Below, piece after piece: positions 11,373 through 25,006 of a stretch of 64,000 nucleotides of DNA (positions are counted from its first letter, which is position 1; the number at the start of each line of letters is the position of its first letter). This DNA is from Botryllus schlosseri (taxonomy: Eukaryota). The notes beneath the pieces were generated by a model. That model was not told the origin of the DNA. It worked only from the letters and a program-made list of their open reading frames with translations, and ran no database searches. The translations under genes were made by a program, and so were the position numbers. The stretch lies in the NCBI GenBank assembly GCA_051294905.1, contig CM119371.1, positions 6,450,001-6,514,000 on the forward strand, in the 5' to 3' direction.

Positions 11373-13429
11373 CAGGGTTGTAATGACTCGAGTCATGACT
11401 CGACTCGAGTCAGACTCGAGTCACGATTTTTTTATGACTCGACTTGACTCGAGTCATTTTCTTGAAATGGGAAAATGACTCGACTCGACTCGAGTCAATA
11501 TTTGGATTGACTCGACTTGTACTCGAGTCATTACGCATGACTCGACCCAAGTCATTGACTCGGCTTATTTTATATGACTTGAAGATGAAGAAATTTGCGA
11601 ATCATAATGGCTAGATCAACGCATCCGACGAATTCTGCCGACATCGCTATTTGTCACCATTGCTTTCGTTGCACTTGTCTGATATATCAGATATGCCGCC
11701 GTAAAAACAACAGAAAATGATACATAGTAGCAATGCATTGTACAAAATCGTTCAGTGATGAAGAGGTAATAGATCCTCCGCAATTAAAGTACTCAAGACT
11801 TTTCAATTATACAAGCAAACAATTGAATCAAAGTTCAATTAGAGCCAATGAAATGACTCAGATGGTGAAGAGACTGATAAGCTCATGTGTAGATTTGAAG
11901 GCGATGATTCTTTGCATTTTTGGGCGACTAGAAAGAATGAGTATTCAATGCTCTTCAGTGTGGTTTAAAAATGCTTGTCAATTCCTGCATCCAGTGCACT
12001 AGTGGAACGTGTATTCAGTAGATGTGGATTCATTCTACGGCCATGCCGCTTTAACATATTTGAGGATCTCCTGTCCACATTAGTATTTTTGAGGTGCAAC
12101 TCATTGATTTGATCTGCTGTCTGTGAAAACACACAATGCCCTTCGTCCATTTGACGTTTTGTTAGGTATGTGCATTGTGCACGTGAGTAATAATGAATGG
12201 CTAATGTTGTGTGATGTTTGTACAATATGGCTGTTCTAAAATAACTTCTTTTTATTTTACTGAGTGGTTACATGATAAAATTGTTATGTTGCATAAAAGG
12301 AACACTGAATCTGGCTTAATTTGAAAAAAGTGGAATCAATGATCTGAGAGGAGAATATTCTGGATTTGAAAATAAATGGAGTATTTTAGTAAGAAATTCT
12401 TTCATATAATATATTTACATAGTAGTAAGCCGACTATTTTTTCATATCCAAAACATTCTACTCTAATAACTTCACTTTTTCTAGTTGGAATTGAGTCAAA
12501 TTTGCTATGAATCATATTTTTACACAATGTAACAATATCATGAGATAGCCGGTAAAATTCGAAAACCTCTATTTGTAATTAGTCTAAATTTTTCTTTCAT
12601 AGCATTGCTTTCTACTGGTTGGAATTGAGCCAAATTTGATTTTTAGGCAATCTAGCAATTCTAAGAAGTAGCCAGAAAATTTGAACAAATGTTTTTGAAC
12701 AGCCACATTGTACAATTATTTCTCCAATGCTGTAACTGCGATGTAGTCGGTAATGCAATTGGGAAAACCTTTAGTATAATCAAAAGGTATCTGTTCTGTT
12801 GTCACTGCACAATGCACATAGTTGCATGCACGCTTTAACAGCATGCTGGCCTGTTGTAAATACCTCTACATAAACATGCATCTATTGATTCTCTATCAAC
12901 TAGTATCTTGACGTGAATTTGTTGGTTCTCTATCAGATAGTATTTAGACGTGAATTCATTGGTTCTCTATCAGCTATTCGTGAGCTATCGTCGATGTGTT
13001 CATAATAAAAACTGAATGCTTGTATTGGTGATGTATCAGACTGACAAGAGAGATATTTGATTTTAAGTTCTAAGATTAGTAAAGTTATCTTTAGCATCGG
13101 TAAATGAGGCCAGGACCTGTCCGTTATCTGCCTAAATAAACATGCACGTGCCAAGACTCTGATAGGGACAAAATGAGCATGTTTCGCAAACAGGGAATTC
13201 GATATCACCCAAGCAGGATTGAAAACATGAGTTGAACATGACTTCAATACTGTGACTTGGACTCGACTCGAGTCATAACACCATGACTCGGACTTGACCC
13301 TTTAAACGGTGACTTGGACTCGGACTCGAGTCTGTGATGAATTGAAAATGACTCGACTCGACTCGAGTCAAAACCACAAAAGTATGATTGACTCGTGACT
13401 CGGAACCATGTGACTTGGTTACAACCCTG
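11373..13429 (+). mobile_element. Internally deleted hAT element with GACTCGAGTC subterminal arrays
   Basis: TIR CAGGGTTGTAA / TTACAACCCTG and TSD CATATAGT (11365-11372, 13430-13437). About 11978-12105 encodes a hAT dimerisation domain: SIPASSALVERVFSRCGFILRPCRFNIFEDLLSTLVFLRCN. Confidence 0.9.
12226..12707. mobile_element. hAT-type MITE related to 2554-3166
   Basis: Ends TATGGCTGTTCTAAAATAAC and GTTTTTGAACAGCCACA. TSD TTGTACAA (12218-12225, 12708-12715). Confidence 0.8.
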
Positions 13430-14970
13430 CATATAGTACCCGAACGAAACAATTATGGAATCAAAGAGCAAATAATATGTAGAAAATACTCTCTAAGTTC
13501 CAGAAAAGCTATGAAACTCGATCGCATAACATTCTGTGGCCGGCCACAGAGCAGCTCGCTGTGGCCGGTGCTTCCCCCGAACTGATATCTCTTTTCAACG
13601 GTATAGACATGATGTGTATAGTTGCAAACAAGTCCATACTTTGTCATCTTTCGTATAGCTGAATAGCTGCGAATTGAATAATGCTGGGCTGATACAATCC
13701 TTCCTTTCTGTATCGGGTCTATGAGAAGTCCGTGATATACAGTAATATACATATCAGGGTTGTAATGACTCGAGTCATGACTCGACTCGAGTCACGATTT
13801 TCGGATGACTCGTCTCGACTCGAGTCATTTTTCTCAAAATACGGAAATGACTCGACTCGACTCGAGTCAATCTGTGTATTGACTCGACTTGGACTCGAGT
13901 CATTGCGCATTACTCGAAGCAAGTCATTAGGCCCATTTACATGACGGTTTAAGTCAGCTTCGAAGCTGACTCGTCGATCCGACTCTCTCGTATTCGATGA
14001 AAAGTGAAAGGCAAACTGCTTCAAGTCGACTCGAGCCTCAAGCTGTTGTGTAATGTGGTTTACGATCGGCTTGAGTATTTAGTCATCGGCGTCCGGCGAT
14101 TTTCGTTCGACTGCGCTGTTTTTTGCCGCGCGGGCTCTTGGCATCGTAATTCATGTTTTTCATCTGATGTTGAGAAACTGGGCAAACATGGCAAGGAAAA
14201 GTGGGTTACTTTGTAAGTGCTCGCTTGTTTACGATGGAATATCATATGTAGTACACCAGGACCGGAGTAGCAACCATGCTCTTTAAGGGCAGTTTTATAT
14301 TTGATATTTGGCCGCGACGCTTCGATCTGTAGAAGCCTAGTTGCTGTCATCAGCTACATAAAATGGCTAACAAGGTAAAACGTTGCATCTGTGTTTCAAC
14401 TTCTCAGACTACAGTTCGGAAGGGATGTGGATTGTACCGGTACTACAATTCGACTACGACATGCATAGTGAACTTTTGGAAGAAGCGGCCTTGCAGTGTG
14501 CTATATCGACACGGGAATACGGGGACGATTGCTGCATTTCGTACATAGGCCTACTGTTCCACTGGATAAACTGGTGTGAGCGCGCATGTGATGGGATCGA
14601 GCTGGTGTCTCTCCCAGGTGGATGATATGGAGCTTTGTGACTCTCCTGGTGACGATGAAGCGCAGCGGTGTTAGGATTATTACTTTGTTTTTAGTTGTGG
14701 GTTATAGTGTTCTGCTGATATGATGCGGTCGTGCGGGTGTTCACGATTTTCAGCTTGCCGTTTTGATATTGTATTCATGGTAGCGTGTTTGTGAGGGTGC
14801 TGAAATTGGCACTTCTCAAAGTTTAATTGGTGGGTAGAAATTTAGTAGTAGTGCTCCATATTGCTCTTTAAGACAGTTTTTATCGACATTCTTGGTAATG
14901 TTAACTTCCTATTTGGTATATCATGCCGACAAGATGCTTCAATAAAATCTCTGCAGTAGTTCCTGTATCG

Positions 14971-16622
14971 CAGTGGTTCCCAACCTTTTTCCACCCACGT
15001 ACCACTTCGAGGTTTTATGCAATGTTAGCGTACCAGCTACATAAGTTACGCACGCCGTGGGCGGTCAAAAATCTTTTCATCATTTATGACGTCATAATCA
15101 CGTATTTGACATATGTGTCGTGTAATAACTAGGGCAGATGTGTCAAACATCAGGCCCGCCAGACCATTTCATCCTGCCCGCGATGCTATTTTGAAAATGA
15201 CTGTATTATCCAGCACATTTCCTACAAATGTTGAGATTTTGTACGAAATATTATCACCAAATTATACCTCGATAGCAAAATGTCGAGTATGTTTAATTGT
15301 TCATAGGCCACATTATAACCATCCGAAAGTGGTGTCGTGGTTTCACTTTAGTCACCACCAGCAAGTAAGAGCCATAATTTACGCCCAATTCTGAGAGGGG
15401 ATAAAATGCACTCTCAGTTCCGAGTTTAACGGAAAAATGGATTAAAAGTAGTTATTCACCGAAACGGAACCCCCTTTATAGTGAGAAACCGGTATATGCA
15501 AGTTACATGGATATCGGAGAATATAATTGTTACTTAAAATATAATTCCAATATCCGTGGACGCACCCCCAATTTCGCTTATGATTTACCAGCACCTCTGC
15601 ATACGGAGAAACTAGAATCGCGATAAAATAGTTGAACCAGTATTCTTCATACCGTATTCTTCATAACGCGTACGCATGAGGTATATCGTCGTTAAAGCTA
15701 CTCTTTTATCAGTTTATATTACCGTGTTTAACCGGCCATAATTTCAATTTTGCAAATTCCAGTGTTCGCTCATAAAGGTGTTGCTAGAGCAGAACCCTAC
15801 GACCGTTATAATGTAATATCTTATTGTGTGGGCTTAATAATATAGTATTCAAGCGAAAAACAAGGGTATGGAATTTCAATAATTTGATTGGTCTGGCCTG
15901 CGAGCGATCAGATGGCTCGAATCCGGCCCGCGACGTAATTTGAATTTGACACCATTGAAATAGGACGATTTTTTTACCTATAAATCGGAGGGTTTCGACC
16001 TAAAAAAATAATTTTGACCACATTTTGACCTCACGTATACGCAAATTAGGTGTTTTCGCACATACTGTTAAAATTGCACTACTTATGTTCATTTCTGGTT
16101 GTGACTGTCTGTCCTTACGAAGTAGTTTGCCCTGAAAAAGCGTTTTTGATTGAAAAATGAAAAATTTTTACATGAAAAAACTTTATTTCAACGATATCTG
16201 GCCCAGTAGTTATACCACGTATTATGGTAAAGTTAATTAAAATTTGTTGTAGTACAACAAAAGATACTTTCCTACATTCTCGGGTAGAAAATGTATTTCC
16301 TTACTAAGTAGCTTGCCAAGATTGGAGAAACACCGTTCAACAGCAGCAGTTGATCGCTGACAACACTGAAGCTCTTCGACTTTTTCAAAAAATTGCCCTA
16401 GTATCGATAAATTATATTGAAATTGGTATTATAAGCCCGGGTTGATGAGATGCATGGAATTCTTTTTTCAGCGCATGTCAAAAAACATCAAAAAATTCAA
16501 AATCAACCCCACCAGAACTATTAACTTCCTTCAGTCAAAAAAAAACAGAATCCACTCGCGTACCACCTGGAAGACCTTCGCGTACCACCGGTGGTACGCG
16601 TACCACAGGTTGGGAACCACTG
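14971..16622. mobile_element. hAT (Charlie/Buster-like) MITE
   Basis: Perfect TIR CAGTGGTTCCCAACC / GGTTGGGAACCACTG and TSD CTGTATCG (14963-14970, 16623-16630). Confidence 0.9.
15135..15957. mobile_element. hAT-type MITE nested in 14971-16622
   Basis: Ends CAGATGTGTCAAAC and TTTGACACCATTG with GGCCCGC motifs. Degenerate TSD AACTAGGG / AAATAGGA. Confidence 0.65.
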
Positions 16623-16939
16623 CTGTATCGTGACTGACGCTTAAGTCACCGGCATACATGGGGTAGTCTGTTACAGAGGAGCGGCCGAACAACTTGGAGT
16701 TTGCAAGTGGGTCACTTGAGTGTTGATGACCTTATTTTAATCGCATCGACAAGGGATATCAAAACAGTCGTTACTCCCGCCTATACTCATCTTCGTTGAC
16801 GCCGAAAAAGCTAGCTGATAACTTATATTTGTTTTTTTGTAGGGTATTCATGGTGTTTGTCGACTGCTATGGTCATTTACACCAGGCCGATATTATTCAT
16901 ATTTTCCGTAACTGCCGACTTATAGCACGGCCCACCTCC

Positions 16940-17085
16940 AGGCTTTTGTAAGACACCACTGTCGCGGATGAGGTGGCGAGGAGGAGCCTAGGTAAACCTC
17001 CAACACTTAGGTTTCGGAAGTCGGACTCGAACCCGCACCCATTGGTGTTGCAGCCGCGGATCATACCACTGCGCTATCTCGCCAC
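16940..17085 (-). mobile_element. tRNA-derived SINE
   Basis: The minus strand reads GGCGAGATAGCGCAGTGG (A box) ... GGTTCGAGTCC (B box). The acceptor stem does not close. The same head sequence recurs at about 25323 (+). Confidence 0.7.
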
Positions 17086-20000
17086 ACTTATATTTTTTGT
17101 TTTCCTCTACAAACATGATATGAACAAGATTATTTTCCTCTACAAATATCGTTATTATGAGTATCTCATCATCCTCGTTAATTTCGAGGATAAGAAACGT
17201 TTCAGAGTACCACCAAACACACATTGTCGTTGTACCTTTGCCCACCAAACTTACTACGAATATATATTTGTTAGGGTAAAGCGACACCGGGTCGTCCACG
17301 ATACAGCTTCCTGAAGGATCATGTAAACAGTGCCCTTTAACGAGTCAGCTTGTAGATGAGATGTGACGTCACTGGAGACGACTTGAACGCCAAGTCGAGT
17401 CGAACATGTAACCAGGCCTATTGACTCGAGATTCAGACGGCCAAGACCGACATCTCATCGTAATCTCAAAGCCAACACACTATTGGGATTTCGTTTGTTG
17501 GTACTGGTGCTTGAAAATGCGACCAGAAAGTGCTAAAAGTGAGGAAAATTGATATATTATAAATGCGAACCATTCAATATCACCAAACAGAGTTAAAAAA
17601 GTGGGTTTAAGAAGACTTTAACTGGAAACTGAGCAGTCAACACAATGACTTGGACTCGGACTCGAGTCATAATACCATGACTCGGATTCGATCCTCTGTT
17701 TGCTGACTTGGACTTGGACTTGACTCGGTGGGAATTGATAATGACTCGACTTGACTCGAGTCAAAAATATGAAAATGAGATTGACTTGTGACTCGGAGCC
17801 TTGTGACTTGGTTACAACCCTGATACATATTTGATTTTCATACTGCGATACATACGACATTCGCTATCCTCAACATCAATGGAGCTAGCACTCATATTGC
17901 TGGACAATAAGAATTGTGTCGATGAATCTATGAATATTTCCATGCATATATGCATGCAGCACTTGAACTGGACACACTGCAGACTTGCTGCATATGAGAA
18001 AAAGGCAACGATGTAGCCTAAACTACCGGTACTATTGATGAAATGTGGAGCTTTTTTCGCAGAAATTCGAGTTTGATCACGTTTCCGATCACATATAATT
18101 TGTTCATATATATATATATATATCCATATAGGTGCATCGATCGATAAAAAATGCCCATGTCAAGCCTTCCGATTGAATAATAGTCATGGTGTTTTTGTCG
18201 TTGATGCGAACAACAATGGAATGTTTCCCCCAATCAATGTTCAGGAACAATCTTAATGACACGGACAAGTTACAATCGTTAATGATAGTTCAACATCTGA
18301 ATGCAGTGCAAACACTTATCGTCGTCTAAAGTGCATCCAGGATCGTAACTGCCGCACCCCAAACCCCTAATTGGGGGAGGGGCGAAGTCGAAGGGACCCA
18401 AAATTATTTCGTGAATTAGGATAAAACACAGAGTATTTTTTGAAAATTTTGAGCTGCTAAATATCTTAATTTTGGGGTACTCTTCCCCAAGAAAAAATAC
18501 GCACGATTTATAGAAATGAGCAGATCGGCGTTGGCCATTACCGCGACACGACGGACAAAGCCATATATAGAGTTTTAGGCCATGTAACATGCTACTCCAA
18601 GAAGTGTGCCAGAACGAGCGGCAGCGAGAAAACCTTGGCCGAAAAGGACTGCCCTTATGCTGACCCAAAACTTCGTTGTATATATAAAATACTGTATTGG
18701 CAATCTGAACCTCACAAGACAAATAGCATACCGCAGAAAAAAGTTATATACCAGTCTTTTAGTTTAGTAGCCTACGTTTGGCCGATTCTTTATGTTTTGA
18801 TATAGCAGACTGGAGGTCTCAAAATAACACCGTGTCACGGAGTCATACCAACGGGCCCTACAGTTTCCAAGACACCTCACTCAGCTCTTCCGGTAAATTG
18901 ATTACTTGAGTAGAGAGGACAAGAAATTGATAGCAATATATATGCAATTCTCGATCTTATTGACCGATTTTATCATGAATTATCGAAGATTTTCGCAAAC
19001 AATGGGTTGGGGGTAGGTTTACCACCCTATGGGAGCCCGAGACTAAATTGACCCAACTTGTAGTTTTTTTTGGGGGGGGGGGCTGACGAAGTGCTGTTCC
19101 GTTCCTGCCAACGGGTATCGCCCGGAGATGTTTAATTATTATTGAGGGATCCTACCTTTTCAAACACGCCTCCCTCCACTCTGCCTGTAAATCTGATTAC
19201 GTGAACGGAGAGAGGATAAAAAATGATAGCAATATATATGCAATTCCCGGTCATATTGACAGATTCAATCATGAATTATAAAAATTTTCGCGCTTGGCGC
19301 GTTTACACGGGAAAAGCCGACCTATTAAACGGAGCCCAATGTAGAAAATAAGTAGCGGTAAACAGCGTCTAGCGTGAGGGGGGCTGGGGAGCAAAGCCCC
19401 CGAGAATTTCGGTTTATCATCATATGGAGGGCCCTTGACGTGTTCTGTGAAAAGCATATATTCGACATATTGCATTTAACTATACTTGTATATGAATGAT
19501 TGCGATCATATCTTCAGTTGCTTTCGATTTTGTGAAATTGGTAACGGAATAAACGAACTTTTTGAAGCAAAATATGACGGTTTCCTTATGTAAAAAATGA
19601 AGGAACACAGACAATAAACATGTGTGAAGTCATGGTAATTTACAACCCATACACGAACTACTCAATAAAGCAATAACGTAACTTAAGTACCTGCAATAAT
19701 AGTGGAAGTCGTCTACAAACCTAACCGCCAGCAAGTTCGTAGAGCAAAAGAAGAAGATATATTGGAGTATAGTCAAAGTGGATGCAAGGGGCGAATTTTG
19801 ATCCAACTAGATGTGCCAAAATCACGAACTGGCCATGAACTCGTGGCTGGCCACGATGAATTCGTATGGCCGGCCATGAAATTCACTGTGGCCGGCCACA
19901 AGACAACGCTTTTTCATGGCCAGCCACGAGATATTCGTGGCCGTAAGTGGCCACGGGAAAGCTGAGACCCCTACTGAAAAAGGATGCAAGACATCGCAAC

Positions 20001-20118
20001 TTGAAGTTCTTGACCATACTTGTTTTTCACAACTGTATTTGTAAAATGGTTTTAGTACAGACACGTGACAAATATAATCCTTCACACAGATTCTGAAGTG
20101 TCGATAAAGACGACTAAC

Positions 20119-20983
20119 CTCTGGCACATTTTAACAAGCGAAAGCTTGCTTTGTTCCGACTCCAGTGAGTTTAAAGCATTTGGCAACTACGCCTTTGCCG
20201 AGAAATGGACCTCTCGTGTATGGTTCCCAGTAGAGCAGGGATCCCCAACCTTCTTTTGGCTGTGGCCAATTTTCGGGTTTGAAATTGTTATGTGGCTCAC
20301 CTCTTATCCCAGAGTCATATTCCTGTTCAATGAGTGGTAATCGCCACCAATTTCTGTAAAATTTGCGCATTTTCTCTTAATAATCGTATCTAAATGTGGG
20401 CCTGTAGGGACAAGAAATCGCGCCAAGCGCGACGCAAATTTCCAGTTAAATAGATATCTTCCAACAAACAACCGACGATGTAATTTTGGGCCCCTTGGAG
20501 ATCACCCTCATTCGGGGGTTTAGGGTGCGACAGTTACGGTAATCTTGTGTACCTCAGCTGTTCCACTCACGTAGCGAAACCCAACAATCCAATGTCTAAT
20601 CTCTGCATCCACTCTGTGATTGGTGTTTTAGTTCCACTATGGTGGGAAATAATATAACCATTCTGGGATACTACAGAGATGCGGAAAAAGAACTTTCATT
20701 ATACTAGCTGTACAATTTGATAGTAAGTATTGTACCTATTGAAGTTGCAGTGTCAGAACATTAAATCCAATGATACAATCAATTCATGTACAATTGTACA
20801 TTATGTACAATGACTTCAAGGCCGGAGATTTTCAGACCACCTCCAAAGATTAAACTTTCACTATAAATCTACAATTCTTCAAATAGCCCTGTGGCCCACC
20901 TCCATTTACTCCTGTGGCCCATCCTTTGAGAATCCCTGCAGAAGAGTCATCTCTTTCGTGGCAAGGTATACTTTTTCAGACAT
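20119..20983 (-). pseudogene. PLK1: PLK1-like pseudogene exon 1 (unit A), split by a MITE
   Basis: PYTRGPFLGKGVVAKCFKLTGVGTKQAFAC*NVPE followed by a GT donor, compared with PLK1 [35 protein letters not shown]. A stop replaces the catalytic Lys. Possible ATG at 20983. Confidence 0.85.
20236..20938. mobile_element. hAT-type MITE inside PLK1 exon 1
   Basis: Ends CAGGGATCCCCAACC and TTTGAGAATCCCTG. TSD CAGTAGAG / CAGAAGAG. A related copy in the opposite orientation lies at about 31377-33746. Confidence 0.8.
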
Positions 20984-22010
20984 AATCGTGAAATCAAACG
21001 CTTGTCAACAAATGTACATCAATACTCACAAAATGTAGAACAATAGCTGTCTCTTTCATATTGTCCAGTGTTAATGCAATAGGTTGCATAAAATGTACAT
21101 GAAAAATATGTGGGCTCATACAGTATCATAGTCAGAGAGATGTAGTAATTGGTTCACCCTTCAGGGCAATCATTTGCCACCGCTAGCAGCGAAACAACGC
21201 TGAGGTATCTGCATCATGCATGACTCGAATCACTCAGGTAGGTACTGGATCATGCCTAGCTACAGTTGTCGACTTGAAATACATATAATTCAGCAAGTAT
21301 ATAAATTTTCAACTCGTTCAGATTCGATAAGTCACCAAGTATGCCTTTCTACATCAGCACATTGGTGATTGAACAATGAACATGTTCTAGGCAAAAATGA
21401 GTTTTTCATTGAAAGGACACCGGTACTGGAGGTCATTTCGAATTCTTCCAACCTTTTTTCCCCTTGATCGTGATTTTGCGTGACTTTCAAACTCAGCATG
21501 CTAATCCATATGGATATGATGCTTGTTTCAGAAAGTATCACATTTAAGATTTTTGATACCAACACGCAGAAGCATATGACGCTTGCAGTTAGTCTTCTTA
21601 GTACATGCTTCACCACATACCGTAATTTGACATGTATATTGCCCAAAATTTAACCTATTTTCTGTCCAAAAATCTGGGGATGCACTTCACGCATTGGTAG
21701 AAGTCTTGAAAAATCTATCTCGGAATGAAACTTGAAATCACACTTTTTTACATGTTTTTTGTCAATAACCCATCACATTCAGCCACCGTACCCAGTAATT
21801 TGTGATATAAGTGGTGCGTGTTGCCAATTATCGAAGAGAGAGGTGATGCATGCGCGCGCGCGCGCTAGCAATCATCGCTAATTTATAGCGTCAACGTCAG
21901 GCTTGAACAATCGCATCTCCAACAGGACATCTGCGCAAGATATAATCGCTAGCAGTAACAGTCGCATCTTCAACATGCCTGGTGCGCATGATATAGGCCT
22001 AATCGTTGGA

Positions 22011-23690
22011 CTATATTGTGGTGCCAGCATGCTCAGCCATATGATGCTTGAGGTGGTCCTTCCGAGTAAATGCTTTTCCACATATATCCCAATCACATGA
22101 ATGATTTTTGATTCCAGCATGCTTATTCATATGCAAATTGAGTGTACGCTTTTCAGTCACGGCTTCACCACATATAACACATGTATGATTTTTGATACCC
22201 GCATGCATATCCATATGAAGCTTGAGGGTACTCTTCTGAGTGAATGCTTTCCCACAGATATCACATTTATGATTTTTGATTCCAGCATGCATATACAAAT
22301 GAAGCTTGAGGTGAGCCTTCCTAGTGAATGCTTTACCACACACATCACATTCACGATTTTTTATTTGAGCATGCACACCCATATGACACTTGAGGGTCCA
22401 CTTCTCAGTGAAGGCTTTACCGCATATAGCACAAACATGATTTTTGATTCCAGCATGCATATCCATATGACGCTCGAGGGCACCCTTCCAAGTGAATGCT
22501 TTACAACATATAGCACATGTATGATTTTTGATTCCAGCATGCTTATCCATATGCAAATTGAGGGTCCACTTCTCAGTGAAGGTTTTACCACATATAGCAC
22601 AAACATGATTTTTGACTCCGGCATGCTTATCCATATGGCACTTGAGGGTACGCTTCTCAGTGAAGGCTTTACCACATATAGCACATGTATGATTTTAATG
22701 TCAGCATGCATATCCATATGACGCTTGAGGTGACCCTACCAAGTAAATACTTTACCATATACCTACATTCATGATTTTTTTATTCCAGCATGCACAGCCA
22801 TATGATGTCTGATGGAACCATTTGCATTGAATGCTTTACCACATATAGCACCTTCATGATTTTTGATGCCAGCATGCATATCCATATGAATCTTGAGGTA
22901 ACTCTTTCGAGTGAATGCTTTACCACATATAGCACATGTATGATTTTTAATGCCAGCATGCATATCCAGATGACGCTTGAGGGCAAGCTTCTCAGTGAAG
23001 GCTTTACCACATATAGCACATGTATGATTTTTAATGCCAGCATGCATATCCATATGACGCTTGAGATGACCCTTCCAAGTGAATGCTTTACCACATACAT
23101 CGCATTCATGATCTTTTATTCCAGCATGCACATCCATATGATGTCTGAGGGCACCCTTTTCAGTGAATGCTTTACCACATATAGCACATTCATGATTTTT
23201 GATGCCAGCATGCATAGCCATATGAAGCTTGAAGGTACCCTTCTCAGTGAATTCTTTATCACATATAGCACATGTATGATTTTTAATGCCAGCATGCGTA
23301 TCCATATGAAACTTGAGGTGACTACTTCGAGTGAATGCTTTACCACATATAGCACATGTATGATTTTTGATGCCAGCATGCATATCCATATGAAGCTTGA
23401 GGACACCCTGTCGGGTGAATGCTTTACCACATATAGCACATTCATGATTTTTACTGCCAGCATGCATATCCACATGACGCTTGAGGTGACTCTTTCGAGT
23501 GAATGCTTTACCACATATAGTACATGTATGATTTTTGATACCAACATGCATATCCACATGACGCTTGAGGGCAGCCTTCCGAGTGAATGCTTTACCACAT
23601 ACATCACATTCAACGTTGTTGACGCCAGCATGCATATCCATAAGATGCTTGAGGTAACTGTTCCCGGTAAATGCTTTCCAGTTTCCAATA
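22011..23690 (-). pseudogene. Tandem C2H2 zinc-finger array A (about 19 repeats), broken by frameshifts and a stop near 22690-22790
   Basis: ORFs 22769-23641 and 22011-22634 consist of 28-aa CxxCGKAFT.K..LK.HMDMH-AGIKNH units with an 84-bp period. The intervening unit has indels and a TAG. Further decayed fingers lie at about 21490-21650. The 5' ORF (9 intact fingers) could still be expressed. Confidence 0.85.
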
Positions 23691-24251
23691 TATTTCGAAT
23701 CGGCGTTTTTTCAAGTCGTGATCAATAGTTAATACTAGATCCACAGCAGGCTTTTCTTTATGACACTAAAAAAAGACCTACATATTTTCAGCATATAAAC
23801 TCAGTACAATTATAGTATGGCCACATCTGCAATGCATGAAAGTGTAGAACTATTTTAAACAAAGATCATTATAAGATTGTAGACAGAGCAATCACGATAC
23901 CCGGATTTTAATGTAGTCTTATTGTATCATTTAGTCGGACATCATCAATAGCACTATTGGATTGGTATAACAAGTTTCGATCATTTTAGTAACAAATAAT
24001 TCATAACACGAGAAATAAAACACAGCGCTGAGTGACAATAGCGCACTTTGATGCATATCTGCAATTGGATTATTAGTTGAATTTTTCTAGAACCATAAAA
24101 AAGTTATATATATACCTCTGACCATAAACATTGAGCAGCTTCAATCAATATGCCTTGAAGTAGTTTGCTCGGTAATAAAATTCACATTAACAATGCTACT
24201 TTTACTTTTTATATTGTTTGAAAATGGAATGGTATATTCGTATTGAAATGA

Positions 24252-24285
24252 ACCCGAATATTTTCGGCTGACACTCGTCAGGGGT
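24252..24285 (-). ncRNA. Minimal type I hammerhead ribozyme in an approximately 150-bp repeat (24232-24387)
   Basis: The minus strand reads ACCC-CUGACGA-GUGUCAGCC-GAAA-AUAU-UC-GGGU. It has the complete core, a 4-bp stem I and a palindromic stem III AAUAUU. Confidence 0.75.
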
Positions 24286-24491
24286 AATCGTCAGCAACTA
24301 ATAGAGAATAAGAAAGAACATTGTATATCAACAATCGTATCACAAAAAATGACGTCACCAGCATGAAACTTCGAATGAGAGAGCGTTCAGGGCACTATTC
24401 CTAGGTGGTACACGAGTTCCTTCTGTTGCAGTTTGTGACTTGACTTGATTCGACTTGACTCGAGTCCCTTCCAAAAATCGAGTGACTTGAG

Positions 24492-25006
24492 TAGGGCTGG
24501 GCAAAATCGAGTACCTGAGTGATTCGATTCTGAATCACGTATTTCGCTTCGAGTCGAGTCGAGTATTTGAGTATCACTCATTATGACGTCACAACAGAAT
24601 ATATTATGTCAAAGTTAAAATATGTACGTTTTATGCCACCACAAAGAATATAATGCCTGTTATCCGTCACAATAAAGATACTTCGGTATTTTTCCGACCA
24701 CACCGAGCTCATTGTACTTTGTAACAATGTTGTGGGATGATCATGACTTCGAAAATATGTTATTTCCGTTAACGTCCGTATCTTTGCACTATGCCTCGTC
24801 TGTAGCGACACCGCTTATCAAGATTTCAAGGCTTCCTCAGTGAAAAATAATATCGAAAGTATAATTGTCGTTAGTAAATTACCTCTTAATTGTCAGGAGC
24901 ATATAATTTCAGTACTCGATAAAATCGTATTTTACTACTCGACTCCAATCATCAAAATCAATACTCGATTCAGATTCGAGTACTCGAATCATTGTGCCCA
25001 GCCCTA
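24492..25006. mobile_element. hAT-type MITE (TAGGGCTGGGCA termini)
   Basis: TIR TAGGGCTGGGCA / TGCCCAGCCCTA and TSD GACTTGAG. Relatives lie at about 51223-51692, 59095-59521, 7926 and 57445. Confidence 0.9.

Larger units (their letters stand above)
13929..17419. mobile_element. PIF/Harbinger-like non-autonomous element (nested)
   Basis: Ends AGGCCCATTTACATG and CATGTAACCAGGCCT, with 3-bp TSD ATT. It shares GTCAGCTTCGAAGCTGAC subterminal motifs with 47988-48586. Confidence 0.7.
13755..17822. mobile_element. Second copy of the GACTCGAGTC hAT family, expanded by nested insertions
   Basis: TIR CAGGGTTGTAA / TTACAACCCTG and TSD ATACATAT (13747-13754, 17823-17830). A third partial copy lies at about 33930-34349 and a short end at about 58505-58545. 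Confidence 0.9.

Noticed and set aside
11384..11570. GACTCGAGTC arrays (also 13250-13420, 13765-13910, 17645-17810) as a CRISPR array
   Set aside because: There is no constant repeat with unique spacers and no cas genes. They are subterminal repeats inside TIR- and TSD-bounded hAT elements.
17010..17085. tRNA gene
   Set aside because: A and B boxes are present, but the acceptor stem does not pair and the head recurs with a different continuation, so it is treated as a SINE.
22101..23728. Long plus-strand and alternative-frame ORFs over the ZNF arrays (also near 29.4-31.0 kb and 46.3-47.7 kb)
   Set aside because: These are shadow frames produced by the 84-bp periodicity and have no independent protein signature.
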